A stretch of 64,000 bases of DNA from Alphaproteobacteria bacterium (lineage in GTDB: Bacteria > Pseudomonadota > Alphaproteobacteria > MPNO01 > UBA830): NCBI GenBank assembly GCA_964291215.2, contig OZ219790.1, positions 992,001 to 1,056,000 of the forward strand, given 5' to 3'. A program made the position numbers and the translations under genes. How positions within the stretch are numbered: position 1 is the first letter of the stretch; each line of letters opens with the position of its first letter. Below the pieces are notes generated by a model. The model was given only the letters and a program-made list of their open reading frames with translations, ran no database searches and was not told where the DNA came from. Of this stretch, positions 21,184 to 32,037 are shown in pieces.

Positions 21184-22050
21184 ATGAGCTTCAAGACAAT
21201 ACTTGTTCCGCTGAGCGCGTCCGATGCCAGCGAGTCGGCATTGCAGACGGCGCTCCTCGTGGCGCAGCGATCACAGGCGCATATCGAGGCGATACATGTG
21301 CGGCCAGATCCCCGCGGCCTCATTCCCTATACCGGCGAGGGCATGGATGGCTCCATGATCGAGGAGATCATGGAAGCGACAGAGAGCGAAGGAACGCAAC
21401 GCGCCAGCCAGACGCGCGAGATGTTCGAATCGTTCTGCAGCGAACATTCCCTGAGAATGTCGAACACGCCACGAGCAGATGCCGGACTGACGGTATCCTG
21501 GCGCGAGGACTCCGGCCGCGAAGACGAGGTGATCGCGATGCGTGGCCGCCTGTACGACCTGATCATCGTCGGTCGGCCAATGGCCGCAACGCCGCTGCCC
21601 TCGCCCATAACCCTCGAGTCCGCGCTGCATGACAGCGGCCGTCCGATCCTCGTCGCGCCGCCCGATCCGCCGGAACATGTGGGCGATCATATCGCCATTG
21701 CCTGGGAGGCCAGCCCGGAAGCGGCGCGGACGATCGCGGTTTCCATCCAGGCCCTCGCCCAGGCCTCCAAGGTCACGGTGCTTTCGGCCAATCTTTCGCC
21801 GCCGCTTCCCCTGAAGGCCGAAGAGCTGGTCGACCGTCTCAAATGGCACGGCGTGGAGGCGGAAGTGTGGCCGTTCGATTCTGCGGTTACGGAACTCGGC
21901 GCGTCATATCTCAGGGAGGCGGCCGCCACCGGCGCCGACATGCTCGTCAAGGGCGCGTACTCTCAGAGCAGGCTGCGCCAGATGGTGCTCGGCGGCCGCA
22001 CCAGACATATTCTCAACCACGCGACCATTCCGGTTCTGCTGGCAAAGTAG
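21184..22050 (+). CDS. Universal stress protein (tandem USP)
   Basis: FKTILVP, SGRPIL..P, IAIAW, GAYSQSRLRQ..LGG.TR. Confidence 0.9.
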   Translation: MSFKTILVPLSASDASESALQTALLVAQRSQAHIEAIHVRPDPRGLIPYTGEGMDGSMIEEIMEATESEGTQRASQTREMFESFCSEHSLRMSNTPRADAGLTVSWREDSGREDEVIAMRGRLYDLIIVGRPMAATPLPSPITLESALHDSGRPILVAPPDPPEHVGDHIAIAWEASPEAARTIAVSIQALAQASKVTVLSANLSPPLPLKAEELVDRLKWHGVEAEVWPFDSAVTELGASYLREAAATGADMLVKGAYSQSRLRQMVLGGRTRHILNHATIPVLLAK

Positions 22051-22092
22051 CCGGCGGACCCGGCTCTTCCGGACGGCCCGCGCGACCGCTGG

Positions 22093-22647
22093 TCAGGACG
22101 CGAACTCGCCGCCGATCATCACGTAGCTCATGTCGACCTCGACATCGGACCGGTTGTCCCAGGCGTGCCAGTTGCCAAGCTGCACGACGACATCGCCGCG
22201 TCGTACCAGAACATCAGCTTCGTCGAGCACGAGATGCCGCTCGCCGCGGAGACAGAACCCGTAATCAACGGTAGGCGTCCGGTGCAGATTCCAGTGCCGC
22301 CCGCCTTCCTTCAGTTCGGATGCGCCGGTCCTGTTCATGGCGGCATGGCTTTCGCGGGCCGCCGCGGCATCGAGCGTTCTCTGTGCTGCCGGCGAGTGCA
22401 CCAGCCTCCAATGCGCACCCGCCGCGGGCGGCGAGTGGCTCAGCGGCTGTCCCGCCGGACTGCCGTCCGCATCCCCGACGATGACGACGGGTGCACTGGC
22501 GAACGTCCACATCTCGAAGAAGAAGGTTCCTGGGCTCCGAGGGCGTGCGTGGACATTGGGAGCCTCGCCGTCATGGAGGACATACGAACGTCCCCGGGCA
22601 TCGTTTCCAGTCACGACCCTTCGAACCGGCCTGTATTGCCTCGCCAT
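22093..22647 (-). CDS. Cupin-domain protein 3
   Basis: RRVVTG.D..GRS, LHRTPTVDY..GE, GD.VVQ.G.WHAW.N. Confidence 0.88.
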   Translation of the reverse strand: MARQYRPVRRVVTGNDARGRSYVLHDGEAPNVHARPRSPGTFFFEMWTFASAPVVIVGDADGSPAGQPLSHSPPAAGAHWRLVHSPAAQRTLDAAAARESHAAMNRTGASELKEGGRHWNLHRTPTVDYGFCLRGERHLVLDEADVLVRRGDVVVQLGNWHAWDNRSDVEVDMSYVMIGGEFAS

Positions 22648-22672
22648 GGTCTGCCGCTCCCCAAAGTCCCGT

Positions 22673-23221
22673 TCACCCTTCGATGACCGCATCGTGGTGC
22701 GACAAGATCACGATGCACGGTGCGCCCGAGCGGTTGCTCCAGGCATGGTTGGCGCCGCGAAGTACGACCGTGTCCCCGGCTTGCAGGTGAACCTCTTCGA
22801 GATCGAGGACCAGAGTGATTTCGCCTTCGATGATGTAGCAGAAATCCAGTGTCGCGGTCTTCTGCATGTAGGGATGGCGTCCCTCGTGCCTGAGCGTGGA
22901 GGCGTCCGGAGACCCCATGATGTGAAAGTAATTGCGGACATCGTCATCCGAGATGTCGCGCCGATAACCCGATTCCGGAGGAAACTCGATCACGCGGCAC
23001 ACCGACCCGTCCGGCGGCGGTTCGATCGAGTGCGCCAGGTCCAGTGTTTCGCGGACGCCGCGAACGCGCGCCGGCGTCGAATCGGTAACCCATATCCTGG
23101 TTGCCGCAAAACCCGGGCGCGCCGGATCGAAACGGACATCGGGCGAAGGGCCGTCAGACAGCACGACGGCGTCCCCATTCTCGTTCTCGCCGGCGACGAT
23201 TCGCCGAATCGGCCTAACCAC
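22673..23221 (-). CDS. Cupin-domain protein 2
   Basis: RRIVAG.N..G, MQKTATLDF..EGE, GANHAWSN. Confidence 0.88.
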   Translation of the reverse strand: MVRPIRRIVAGENENGDAVVLSDGPSPDVRFDPARPGFAATRIWVTDSTPARVRGVRETLDLAHSIEPPPDGSVCRVIEFPPESGYRRDISDDDVRNYFHIMGSPDASTLRHEGRHPYMQKTATLDFCYIIEGEITLVLDLEEVHLQAGDTVVLRGANHAWSNRSGAPCIVILSHHDAVIEG

Positions 23222-23239
23222 TGCTCGATACTCCCAGTC

Positions 23240-23803
23240 TCAGGCGTCGAAGTCCGCCCCGATCATCACATACCCCATGAGGCTCTCGTCCGACCTGTTG
23301 GCCCACGCGTGATAATTGCCGAGCTGCACGCAGAAATCCCCCCGCACCATCGCCCGCTCGTCGCCGTCGAGTACCAAGGAACGCACACCGCATGCGACGA
23401 AACCGTAATCCACAGACCTTGTCTTGTGCATCCCCGACAGGCCGGCCTGCCGCCCGCCACGATCGCCGCGCCCGGTCTCGGGATCCTCGACGGGCGCCTT
23501 GAGTGGATGGGCATGCGGATCGTCCGCCAAGTCATAGCCGGGAGGCGCGGGAAATGACTCGACGAAGCGCAGAAACGCGCCGCGTTGCAGCGGATGGAGA
23601 TTGAACGGCGGTTCTCCACCGTCCCGACCGCCAGCAAGCCGGACCGGAATTTCTGGAAGGTACCACAACTCGGTCATGCCGCCCTCGGGGCGGGCCGGAT
23701 CGGGCCTGACGTTCGATGCGTTGCTGTCGTATAGCACGCGGGAACGGCCGCGGGAATCGCTGCCCACGACTACCCGCCGCATTGGCTTCGGTCCGTTGGT
23801 CAC
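23240..23803 (-). CDS. Cupin-domain protein 1
   Basis: RRVVVG.D..GRS, MHKTRSVDY, GNYHAWAN. Confidence 0.88.
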   Translation of the reverse strand: MTNGPKPMRRVVVGSDSRGRSRVLYDSNASNVRPDPARPEGGMTELWYLPEIPVRLAGGRDGGEPPFNLHPLQRGAFLRFVESFPAPPGYDLADDPHAHPLKAPVEDPETGRGDRGGRQAGLSGMHKTRSVDYGFVACGVRSLVLDGDERAMVRGDFCVQLGNYHAWANRSDESLMGYVMIGADFDA

Positions 23804-23864
23804 GCAGATCTCCCGGTATCCGGCCCCTGCATCCTCGCCAGCGAAACAGCGCGGGGCGGCAGGG

Positions 23865-24890
23865 CTACTTGATCAGTTCGCGTATCCTCGCGACGACTGC
23901 AGGCGGCGTGCTGATCAGTTGCGCCACGGCCTTTTCCACCTCTTCGCCGCTGCTCGGGGTGAGCTTCAGGTTCGATTTCTCGATCTCGGCCACGAAGCCC
24001 GGATCCTTCATCGTCTTGTCGAAGGCGCGCCGCAGGATCTCGACCCGCTCCGCAGGCACTCCGGGTGGCGCAAAGATCGACCTCCCCGTAAGTGACTGCA
24101 GCATCATGTATTCGAACACCTTGCGGTCGTCATCGTTCTTCGCGAGCTCCATCATCGTGGGCACGTCGGGAATCTCGGGCGATCTCGTCACGGCGTTCTG
24201 CACCAGGACATTGAGCGGATTCCTGCCGCCCTCGAACCAGTGCGGCGTCATGGCGCGGAAGTTCTGCAGTGTCGAGAAACTTCCCTCGACTTCGCCGCGC
24301 TCGATCGCAACCGCCCTGTCCCCACCCTTGTAGCCGAGCACGATCTTGAACTTGGTGCCGAGAAGCTTGTTGGACAGCGTCAGCATCTGGTAGATGGGCG
24401 AGCTCTTGCCCGAACCGCCCATTGTCGTGACACGTTGCATCGCGTCCTGGATCGTCTTCGTCTTCGAGGTGTGCCATGTGAACAGGACCGCGATGGAACG
24501 TTCCATGTTCCCGATCCAGTTGAGCTGGGTCGCGTCGTAGCGCACGGCCTTGGGCCGAAGGTGCTGGTTGATGGCAACCGGCATCAGCGGCATGCCGACG
24601 GCGGAACCGTCCTTGGGCGCGACATTGGCCGCCCAGTTGGTCATCTTGGTGCCGCCGGCGCCGGGCATATTGACGACGATCACGTTGGGTGTTCCGGGAA
24701 TGTGCTTGTCGTAGTACTTCGCAAACACGCGCCCGAAGAACGAATAGCCACCACCGGCGCCCGAGCCGACATAGAGGGTAACAGTCTTGCCCTTATAGAA
24801 ATCAGCAGCCGCGGTCGGTGTGAACACGGCAAGCACGGTGATGGCGGCAAGCGCCGTCGACAGCGCGGCGAATTTCTGCCCGAGTTTCAT
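23865..24890 (-). CDS. Tripartite tricarboxylate transporter substrate-binding protein (Bug/TctC)
   Basis: Signal peptide, FYKGKTV...G...GGGY, NMPGAGG, PPGVP.ERV..LR.AF. Confidence 0.9.
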   Translation of the reverse strand: MKLGQKFAALSTALAAITVLAVFTPTAAADFYKGKTVTLYVGSGAGGGYSFFGRVFAKYYDKHIPGTPNVIVVNMPGAGGTKMTNWAANVAPKDGSAVGMPLMPVAINQHLRPKAVRYDATQLNWIGNMERSIAVLFTWHTSKTKTIQDAMQRVTTMGGSGKSSPIYQMLTLSNKLLGTKFKIVLGYKGGDRAVAIERGEVEGSFSTLQNFRAMTPHWFEGGRNPLNVLVQNAVTRSPEIPDVPTMMELAKNDDDRKVFEYMMLQSLTGRSIFAPPGVPAERVEILRRAFDKTMKDPGFVAEIEKSNLKLTPSSGEEVEKAVAQLISTPPAVVARIRELIK

Positions 24891-24969
24891 TTTCTCCTCC
24901 CATCCCGCTTACGTGTTTCTTGAACTTTCAGCGGTCGGGGGCTTGTACGGACATCAACCGCGTACGCAA

Positions 24970-26649
24970 TCATGCCATATTTTCCCACCGTGAGTGCAGG
25001 CTCGCGGGCACGCGGGCGGTCAGCACCTCAACCACAGTAGTGATCCCGTTTTCCACGTCTCGGATGGCGGCGGCAAGGCCAGCAGCGAGCCTGTCCGGGT
25101 GCTCGACGCGATGCGCCCTCGCGCCTAGCGCCCCGGCGAGCGGAACTATGTCGATCCCGCGATGGAATCTCGCATGCGCCAGGCGCGTGCTCGTTCCCCC
25201 ATCACGGTCGACGAACCGCCGGTTGTTTTTCACGATGATTAGCACGGGGGCGTCGTTGCGGACCGACGTCTCGACATCGAGCGCCGTCTCGTTGAAAGCT
25301 TCCTCACCGATCACCGCAATGACAAGCTTGTCGGGGTACGCCTTCTTGGCGCCCATCGCCGCTCCGATCGACCAGCCCATCGCGCTCTGCACCCCGAAAC
25401 CAAGAAACGACCTCGGCGTCGGGGCGACATAGTGCTGGGATGTCGTACCCCGCACTGTCCCGGCATCATGGAGAAGGATCGTCTGCGAGGGATCGACAAG
25501 TTTCGCCAGCTCACCGGTAACCCGGAACGGATTGAGCGGGATCTCGTCGGATCCGAGCAGCGGCGCCGAGACGTCAGCCCATTGTCTTTTCAGTCGCGCG
25601 ATCTCGGCATGACGCCCTTCGACGCGCTCGAAGCGTTCGGGCACCAGGATTTCCTCGGCTGTCCCGATCATCTGCCGCAGGACGATGCGGGCGTCGCCAA
25701 GGATGGCGACATCCGCAAGGCGATCCCGGTTGAGTTCACCCGGATCGGAATCGACCTGGATGTGCACGGTCCCGGGGGAAGGGTCTGCCCGCGTCGCATG
25801 CTGCTTGAAGCCGCAGCCGATGGTGAGGATCACGTCAGCGGATTCGGCCATCCTGGTGGCTGGCAGCGAACTGTAGGTAGCACGCACGAACCCCCCGATC
25901 CCGAGCGCCAACTCGTGATCCTCGGGAAAGGCGCTCTTGCCGTTCAGCGTCGTGGCAACCGGCAGCGACAGCATCTCGGCAAACCGCACAAGATCAGCGG
26001 TCGCTTCCGAAAACAGCACGCCCGCGCCGACATACACGTAAGGCCGTCGCGCATCGGCTATCAGCCGCACGGCTTCACGAAGCAAGGCCGGATCACCGCC
26101 GCTGCGGCTTCGTGGCTTCGAGCAGACCGGCACGTAATCGGCGGCGGGCGCGTCCATCCGCGCCACATCCACCGGAACACCGATGGCCACGGGGCCGGAG
26201 CGTCCGGTCCTCATGTGCATGAAGGCACGCCTCAGCACCCCGACGGTCTGTTCCGGAGCGGCAAGCAGGGTCGCCCATTTCGTGACCGGGCCGAACAGGT
26301 CGACAAACGGAATCTCCTTGGTCTGCCGGCTGGCGATCTGGGTCCGTTCGTTGTGCCCGGCAAGGAAAAGAACGGGCACGGAATCTCCCCAGCTGTTCAC
26401 CAGACCGCCCATCAGGTTGGCTGCCGCCGGACCCGCGTCGGAAAACGCCACCGCCGGCTCGCCGGTCGCGCGGGCATAGCCGTCGCAGATATCAAACGCA
26501 ACGCGTTCCTGACGCGCATACATGAGGGAGATCTCGGAGCACTCCGAGAGTCCGTCAAGCAGGGGACCGACCGACTGGCCCGACAGCCCGGCCGCAAGCG
26601 TCACGCCTTCGGCCACGAGGCAGCGGCTGATCAGCTCGGCGACGTTCAC
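24970..26649 (-). CDS. Thiamine pyrophosphate-binding enzyme (acetolactate synthase-like), atypical
   Basis: RQERVA...DGYAR, GPAAAN, TTLNGKSAFPE.H.L, HDAG; GEEAF in place of GDG motif. Confidence 0.85.
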   Translation of the reverse strand: MNVAELISRCLVAEGVTLAAGLSGQSVGPLLDGLSECSEISLMYARQERVAFDICDGYARATGEPAVAFSDAGPAAANLMGGLVNSWGDSVPVLFLAGHNERTQIASRQTKEIPFVDLFGPVTKWATLLAAPEQTVGVLRRAFMHMRTGRSGPVAIGVPVDVARMDAPAADYVPVCSKPRSRSGGDPALLREAVRLIADARRPYVYVGAGVLFSEATADLVRFAEMLSLPVATTLNGKSAFPEDHELALGIGGFVRATYSSLPATRMAESADVILTIGCGFKQHATRADPSPGTVHIQVDSDPGELNRDRLADVAILGDARIVLRQMIGTAEEILVPERFERVEGRHAEIARLKRQWADVSAPLLGSDEIPLNPFRVTGELAKLVDPSQTILLHDAGTVRGTTSQHYVAPTPRSFLGFGVQSAMGWSIGAAMGAKKAYPDKLVIAVIGEEAFNETALDVETSVRNDAPVLIIVKNNRRFVDRDGGTSTRLAHARFHRGIDIVPLAGALGARAHRVEHPDRLAAGLAAAIRDVENGITTVVEVLTARVPASLHSRWENMA

Positions 26650-27275
26650 GGCGTTGTGGCGCCTTCGCCGGAACCGGGATCCCGGGCCGGAGCATGCTTG
26701 CCGATCTCCCACCCATGCGCGGAGAGATGGCGCTCTGCCGCTCCTATGGAGGGCGCTTCGAGTTCGGTGGCAAGAGTGTCGTTGACCCGATTGTAGAACC
26801 CGAACACACCGATCACGGAGAGCAGTTCCACGATCTGATCGGCACTGAAGTGACGGCGAAGTTCGGCGAAATCTTCATCACTCACCATGTTGGGGACCTG
26901 CACTGCGCACTGGGCAACCCGCAGTGCCACGCGCTCGGCCTCCGAGAACAGCGCGCTGGTCTCATAGCTCCACAGCGCGTCCTGCCTGTCCTCGGGAATT
27001 CCCATATCGACCCCCAACCGCACGGTGTGGGCCGCGCAGTAGCTGCATCCGGCAGACATGCTGACCATCTGGGAGATCAGGTTCTTGAGTTCCGCCGAAA
27101 GCGCTCCGGGCGCCATGACCGTCGCGCGCAGATGCATGAGCGCCTTGACGATCTCGGGTTTCCTGGCGAGCGTTCGCAACAGGTTCGGGACCTCGCCGCC
27201 GCGTCTCTCGACCACAACAAAGAGGTCCTCGAATTCGGGCATATCGTCCCGCGCCAGCGGTTCAAGTCTTGGCAC
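26646..27275 (-). CDS. Carboxymuconolactone decarboxylase/AhpD-family protein
   Basis: GCSYCAAH (CxxC..H), FSEAER.AL, L.RHFS..QIVEL. Confidence 0.88.
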   Translation of the reverse strand: MPRLEPLARDDMPEFEDLFVVVERRGGEVPNLLRTLARKPEIVKALMHLRATVMAPGALSAELKNLISQMVSMSAGCSYCAAHTVRLGVDMGIPEDRQDALWSYETSALFSEAERVALRVAQCAVQVPNMVSDEDFAELRRHFSADQIVELLSVIGVFGFYNRVNDTLATELEAPSIGAAERHLSAHGWEIGKHAPARDPGSGEGATTP

Positions 27276-27615
27276 TTCGTCCCCCAGACAGGTGGCATCG
27301 ACGGCCAGACAACTGCCAGTCTAGTGTGAATCGTACTTCGTCGGCCCGGGTGATGTAAAGCACGCGCCTTCGCAACCGCCGCGTACCGCCGCCGGGTCAT
27401 CCGACACCATCGGACAGCGGCGGCCAAACTTCTCGCGGGCCTGCCCCGGCGATTCGAACGGGCCGAACCGCGAGAGCGTGCTTGTCGGACGGGTCTGACG
27501 CCGGCACCTACTGTCCAGCACCCGGGACAGAGAGTGCGAACGGGATACGAAACCTGCTGCCCGCATCACGCCCGGCGTTTGGGCACTGCAAGCGGGGCTT
27601 GCAGGCCTCCGCCGG

Positions 27616-28827
27616 TCAGGCGGCAATCCGGATGGCTCGCCGTTCCCAAATCTCAGTGAGCGAATTCACGAGATGGGCGATGTCGGCGTCGCTGTGAAGA
27701 GGCGTCGGCGTCAGACGCAGCCTCTCGGTTCCCCTCGGGACAGTCGGGAAGTTGATGGGTTGCACATAGATCCTATACCGTTCGATCAACTCGTCGGTGA
27801 CCTGCTTGCAGACGACGGGATCACCGATCAGCAGCGGTACGATATGGGACGGCGAGTCCGTTACCGGAAGGCCGGCGTTGGCCAGCATGCACTTCAGCGT
27901 GGCCGCCCGTTCCTGATGCCGCTCGCGCTCGACGCTGCTCGACTTCAGATGCCGCACGCTGGCAAGGGCTCCGGCGGCAACAGCCGGCGGCAGCGCCGAG
28001 GTGAAGATGAAGCCCGAGGCGTAGCTCCGAACGAAGTCCACCATGGCGGCCGAGCCGGCAATGTAGCCGCCGACGACTCCGTAGGCCTTTGCGAGGGTTC
28101 CCTGGATCACGTCGAGGCGGTCCATAACGCCGTCGCGCTCGGCAATGCCGGCGCCACGCCGACCGTATAGACCCACCGCGTGAACCTCGTCCAGATAGGT
28201 CATGGCGCCGTACCTGTCGGCGAGGTCGCACACGGCGCATATCGGTGAGATACCCCCGTCCATCGAATAGATCGATTCGAATGCGACAACCTTGGGGCGG
28301 GAGGGCTCTATCGCGGCAAGTTTGCGTTCGAGGTCCTCAAGATCGTTATGGGCGAAGATGACCTTTTCCGCCCTGCTGTAACGGATTCCCGCAATCATCG
28401 ACGCGTGGTTGTCGGCGTCGGACAGAAGAACGCAACCCGGCATGTGGGATCCGATAGTGGCAAGCGCCGCCTCGTTGGCGACGTAACCCGAGGTGAAGAG
28501 CAGCGCCGCTTCGGTTCCGTGAAGATCGGCGAGTTCCTCCTCCAGCATCACGTGATAGTGCGTGGTCCCCGAAATGTTGCGCGTGCCACCAGCACCGGCG
28601 CCGACGCGGTCGATCGCCTCCTTCATGGCTTCCCGAACAACGGCATTTTGCCCCATGCCGAGATAGTCGTTCGAGCACCAAACCGTAACGTCACCCGAGA
28701 GCGCCGGCGCACGACTTGTCGCGCGCGGAAACGCGCCGACCCGGCGCTCAAGATCCGCGAAGACCCGATACCTGCCCTCGCTCCGGAGGTCCGCGATGCG
28801 ATCGGAGAAGAATTGTTCGTAATTCAT
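27616..28827 (-). CDS. hemA: 5-aminolevulinate synthase
   Basis: [34 protein letters not shown]. Confidence 0.97.
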   Translation of the reverse strand: MNYEQFFSDRIADLRSEGRYRVFADLERRVGAFPRATSRAPALSGDVTVWCSNDYLGMGQNAVVREAMKEAIDRVGAGAGGTRNISGTTHYHVMLEEELADLHGTEAALLFTSGYVANEAALATIGSHMPGCVLLSDADNHASMIAGIRYSRAEKVIFAHNDLEDLERKLAAIEPSRPKVVAFESIYSMDGGISPICAVCDLADRYGAMTYLDEVHAVGLYGRRGAGIAERDGVMDRLDVIQGTLAKAYGVVGGYIAGSAAMVDFVRSYASGFIFTSALPPAVAAGALASVRHLKSSSVERERHQERAATLKCMLANAGLPVTDSPSHIVPLLIGDPVVCKQVTDELIERYRIYVQPINFPTVPRGTERLRLTPTPLHSDADIAHLVNSLTEIWERRAIRIAA

Positions 28828-29060
28828 CACACTGTTGCCTGCGATGGACCTGCCAGCAAAAACTTCCGATCGATCGCTCTCTCATTATACAACAAAATCA
28901 AGGCATCAAACCTCGGAATAAGCGACGTTCCGCCAGATGCGCCCGTAAACGGCCGGAGACCGGAAGCAGGCCCGCATGACCGTGCTGACGGCACCGATCA
29001 TCTTCAGCTCTCGCACGGCGGCAGTGCCGCGGTCCGGAAAACGGGCCTTGCATCTAGGAT

Positions 29061-30101
29061 TCAGCCGCCCGTAACGCTCATGTGGCGCGAGACGGCCGGC
29101 CGGGTACGGCGTCGGTCGATAGCGAAATCGTGCCCTTCGGGCTTGCGCCCGATGGCCTCATCAATCGCCTCCATGAGCAGCCCTTCCGATCCGCTTCTCA
29201 ACGGCCCACGCAGATCGGCGGCGTCCTCCTGGCCCAGGCACATATAGAGCGTACCGGTGCAGGTCAAACGCACCCGGTTGCAGGCTTCACAGAAATTGTG
29301 CGTCATCGGCGTGATGAAGCCGATGCGCCCCCCGGTCTCCGCGACCCGCATGTAGCGCGCCGGACCGCCGGTCGCATGGTCGCTGTCCTCAAGCGTCCAC
29401 CGTTTCCTGAGTTCGGCGCGCACCATCGACAGCGGCCAGTACTGGTCGAGACGCATCTCGCCGCCATTGCCATCGCCGAGTTCGCCGAGCGGCATGACCT
29501 CGATGAAGGTCAGGTCGAATCCCCGCTCGCCGCACCATGACACCAGGTCATGGATTTCATCGTCGTTGACGCCCCTGAGCGCAACGGCGTTGATCTTTAC
29601 CGCAAGGCCGGCCGAGACGGCGCCGTCAATGCCGCGCAGGACCTGCTCCAGTCGCCCCCAGCGAGTGATATGCGCGAACTTGTCCGGATCAAGCGTGTCG
29701 AGCGAAACGTTGACGCGCCGGACACCGGCAGCGAAGAGCCCCGCCGCATGGCGGTCCAGCTGGCTGGCGTTGGTGGTAAGCGTCAACTCGTCGAGGCCGC
29801 CGCCGTCGAGGTGACGCCCCAGGCGGTTGAACAGCCACATGATGTCGCGGCGCACCAGAGGTTCGCCACCGGTAACCCTGAGCTTGCGCACTCCGCGCCT
29901 GACGAAAGCGGTGCAGAGGCTGTCGAGTTCCTCGAGGCTGAGAACATCGGCCTTGGGCAAAAACGTCATATGCTCCGACATGCAGTACACGCAGCGGAAG
30001 TCGCATCGATCGGTCACGGACACACGCAGATAGGCCACGTGCCGACCGTAGGGATCTACCAGCGGCGGTGCCGCCAATGGTCCTAGAATGGCTGTATCCA
30101 T
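29061..30101 (-). CDS. moaA: GTP 3',8-cyclase
   Basis: CDFRCVYC radical SAM motif, FCEACNR, C-terminal GG. Confidence 0.97.
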   Translation of the reverse strand: MDTAILGPLAAPPLVDPYGRHVAYLRVSVTDRCDFRCVYCMSEHMTFLPKADVLSLEELDSLCTAFVRRGVRKLRVTGGEPLVRRDIMWLFNRLGRHLDGGGLDELTLTTNASQLDRHAAGLFAAGVRRVNVSLDTLDPDKFAHITRWGRLEQVLRGIDGAVSAGLAVKINAVALRGVNDDEIHDLVSWCGERGFDLTFIEVMPLGELGDGNGGEMRLDQYWPLSMVRAELRKRWTLEDSDHATGGPARYMRVAETGGRIGFITPMTHNFCEACNRVRLTCTGTLYMCLGQEDAADLRGPLRSGSEGLLMEAIDEAIGRKPEGHDFAIDRRRTRPAVSRHMSVTGG

Positions 30102-30454
30102 CACGTATCCTCTCCTGCCGGAGATGCAGGCCGACAAATTCCGCGCCCGAGCGGCGAATCCATGCCATGGAATATAGCGTCTGCCCGGGAAATTGAAAGG
30201 CAGCGGCCGGCGCCCGTTCGCCAGGGTCGGCGCCAGAGACCGGTCTGTAGTCACGGAAAACGCCTTCCGGCGCCGACGGCCGCGCCCCGAGCGGGCTTCG
30301 GTTCCCTTGTTCCGGCCGCTGGCAGGGTTAGAATACCGGGGTCAGAGTTCAGGCTCTCCGCAGGATACTTGCGCGGACCAGGCAAGTGCGGTCGACCGGA
30401 CCGAGTCATCGCAAAGCAACCGGTGCGGGACGCTCTCGGCCGAGGAGGAAGCGC

Positions 30455-31330
30455 ATGGGCGAGTCCGACTACATCATCGCTCCCCGGCCGCGCGACCCGA
30501 GGTTGACCGAGCGGGTCTCCGGCACCGACCATACGGGCAGTCCCGTTGAGACATCGGTAACCGTCGAACGTCCGCTCACGCTGTTTCTCAACAGCCGCGA
30601 GATCGTCACGCTGATGACGATCGGCGACTATCCCGAATGCCTCGCAGTCGGTTATCTCCTCAATCAGAACATGCTGCACGGAGACGACGCGATAACCGAA
30701 ATCGATCTCGACGAGGAGACGGAGGCGGTCGTCGTCCGCACGCGCGAGGAGACGGATTTCGAAGCCAAGCTGGCCAAGCAGACCCGCACGTCGGGCTGTG
30801 CGCTCGGCACCGTCTTCGGAGACATCATGGAGACCTTCGAGGATGTCGTGCTGGACCCTGCCGCCGTGATTCATACCTCCTGGCTCTACGCGCTGACCGC
30901 CCGGATCAACACCACTCCGAGTCTCTATCTCGAAGCGGGCGCCATTCACGGGTGCGTGTTGTGCGAACGCGACCGGCCGCTGATCTACATGGAGGATGTG
31001 GGCCGGCACAATGCCGTCGACAAGATCGCCGGCTACATGTATCTCAACGGCCTTGATGCCGCGGGCAAGATCTTCTACACTACGGGGCGCCTCACCAGCG
31101 AAATGGTGATCAAGACGGTGCAAATGCAGATCCCGGTGCTGATTTCGCGCTCCGGGTTCACCGCATGGGGCGTGACGCTGGCCCGCCAGGCCAACTTGAC
31201 GCTGATCGGCCGCGCCCGCGGCCGGCGCTTTGTCGCCCTGGCCGGCGCGGGACGCATCCTTCACGATGCCGACCCCGAAACCGTCGGCGAAGAATCTCGC
31301 GCGGTCGGGCGCAAGGCCGCCCCGGACTGA
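30455..31330 (+). CDS. fdhD: Formate dehydrogenase accessory sulfurtransferase
   Basis: TSGC..G, GAIHGC, EDVGRHNAVDK, TGRLTSEMV.K. Confidence 0.95.
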   Translation: MGESDYIIAPRPRDPRLTERVSGTDHTGSPVETSVTVERPLTLFLNSREIVTLMTIGDYPECLAVGYLLNQNMLHGDDAITEIDLDEETEAVVVRTREETDFEAKLAKQTRTSGCALGTVFGDIMETFEDVVLDPAAVIHTSWLYALTARINTTPSLYLEAGAIHGCVLCERDRPLIYMEDVGRHNAVDKIAGYMYLNGLDAAGKIFYTTGRLTSEMVIKTVQMQIPVLISRSGFTAWGVTLARQANLTLIGRARGRRFVALAGAGRILHDADPETVGEESRAVGRKAAPD

Positions 31331-31333
31331 CAG

Positions 31334-31960
31334 GTGGTTGCCTCGGCGGCGCCCGACAATACGATATGCGGCCTGCTTCTTGCCGGCGGACGGTCCCGCC
31401 GCATGGAGGGACGCGACAAGGCGCTGCTCACGATTGCGGGGAAAACCCTTCTTCGCCATGTCATCGAGACGGTCGAGCCCCAGGTCGGATCCCTGGTGCT
31501 CAACACCAACGGCGACCCGAAGCAATACGCCAAGTTCGGCATACCGATCGCCGGCGATGTCGTGGAGGGCTTCGCTGGTCCACTGGCTGGCGTGCTGACC
31601 GGACTGGAATGGGCACGCGACAACGTTCCGGGTTGCCGCTGGGTAGCGAGCTTCGCTTGCGACGCACCGCTGATCCCGGCCGATCTCGTCTCCTGCCTCC
31701 TTGCAGCCACCGACGATGAAGGCGCCGACATGGCCTGTGCGCGTTCGACCGGACGCGACCACCCGGTCTTCGGTTTGTGGCCGATTCGACTCGCGGGCGA
31801 ACTACGTCACGCCGTTGTCGAAGAGGGTCTGCGCAAGGTCGACTCTTGGACTGGCCGCTACCGGCTGGCCCGGGCAGAGTTCGCGACCTCGCCGGTGGAC
31901 CCGTTCTTCAACATAAACCGGCCGGAAGACCTGTTGGCAGCGGAAGACCTGATGACCTGA
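31334..31960 (+). CDS. mobA: Molybdenum cofactor guanylyltransferase
   Basis: LAGGRSRRM.G.DK, GPLAG, CDAP, FFNIN.PEDL. Confidence 0.95.
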   Translation: MVASAAPDNTICGLLLAGGRSRRMEGRDKALLTIAGKTLLRHVIETVEPQVGSLVLNTNGDPKQYAKFGIPIAGDVVEGFAGPLAGVLTGLEWARDNVPGCRWVASFACDAPLIPADLVSCLLAATDDEGADMACARSTGRDHPVFGLWPIRLAGELRHAVVEEGLRKVDSWTGRYRLARAEFATSPVDPFFNINRPEDLLAAEDLMT

Positions 31961-32037
31961 CCGCGCTTCCACATGTTGGACGGCCGGCATCCCGACTTCG
32001 GAAAACGGCTCTCCGGGCAGCGTCGCGGCGGCCGCCG

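Noticed and set aside
27321-27610. Small ORF with FGPFES (DUF4170-like?)
   Set aside because: No convincing start or RBS and too little similarity to call
28890-28915. FNR/FnrL box upstream of hemA
   Set aside because: Only ATCAA half-sites in direct repeat; no TTGAT-N4-ATCAA
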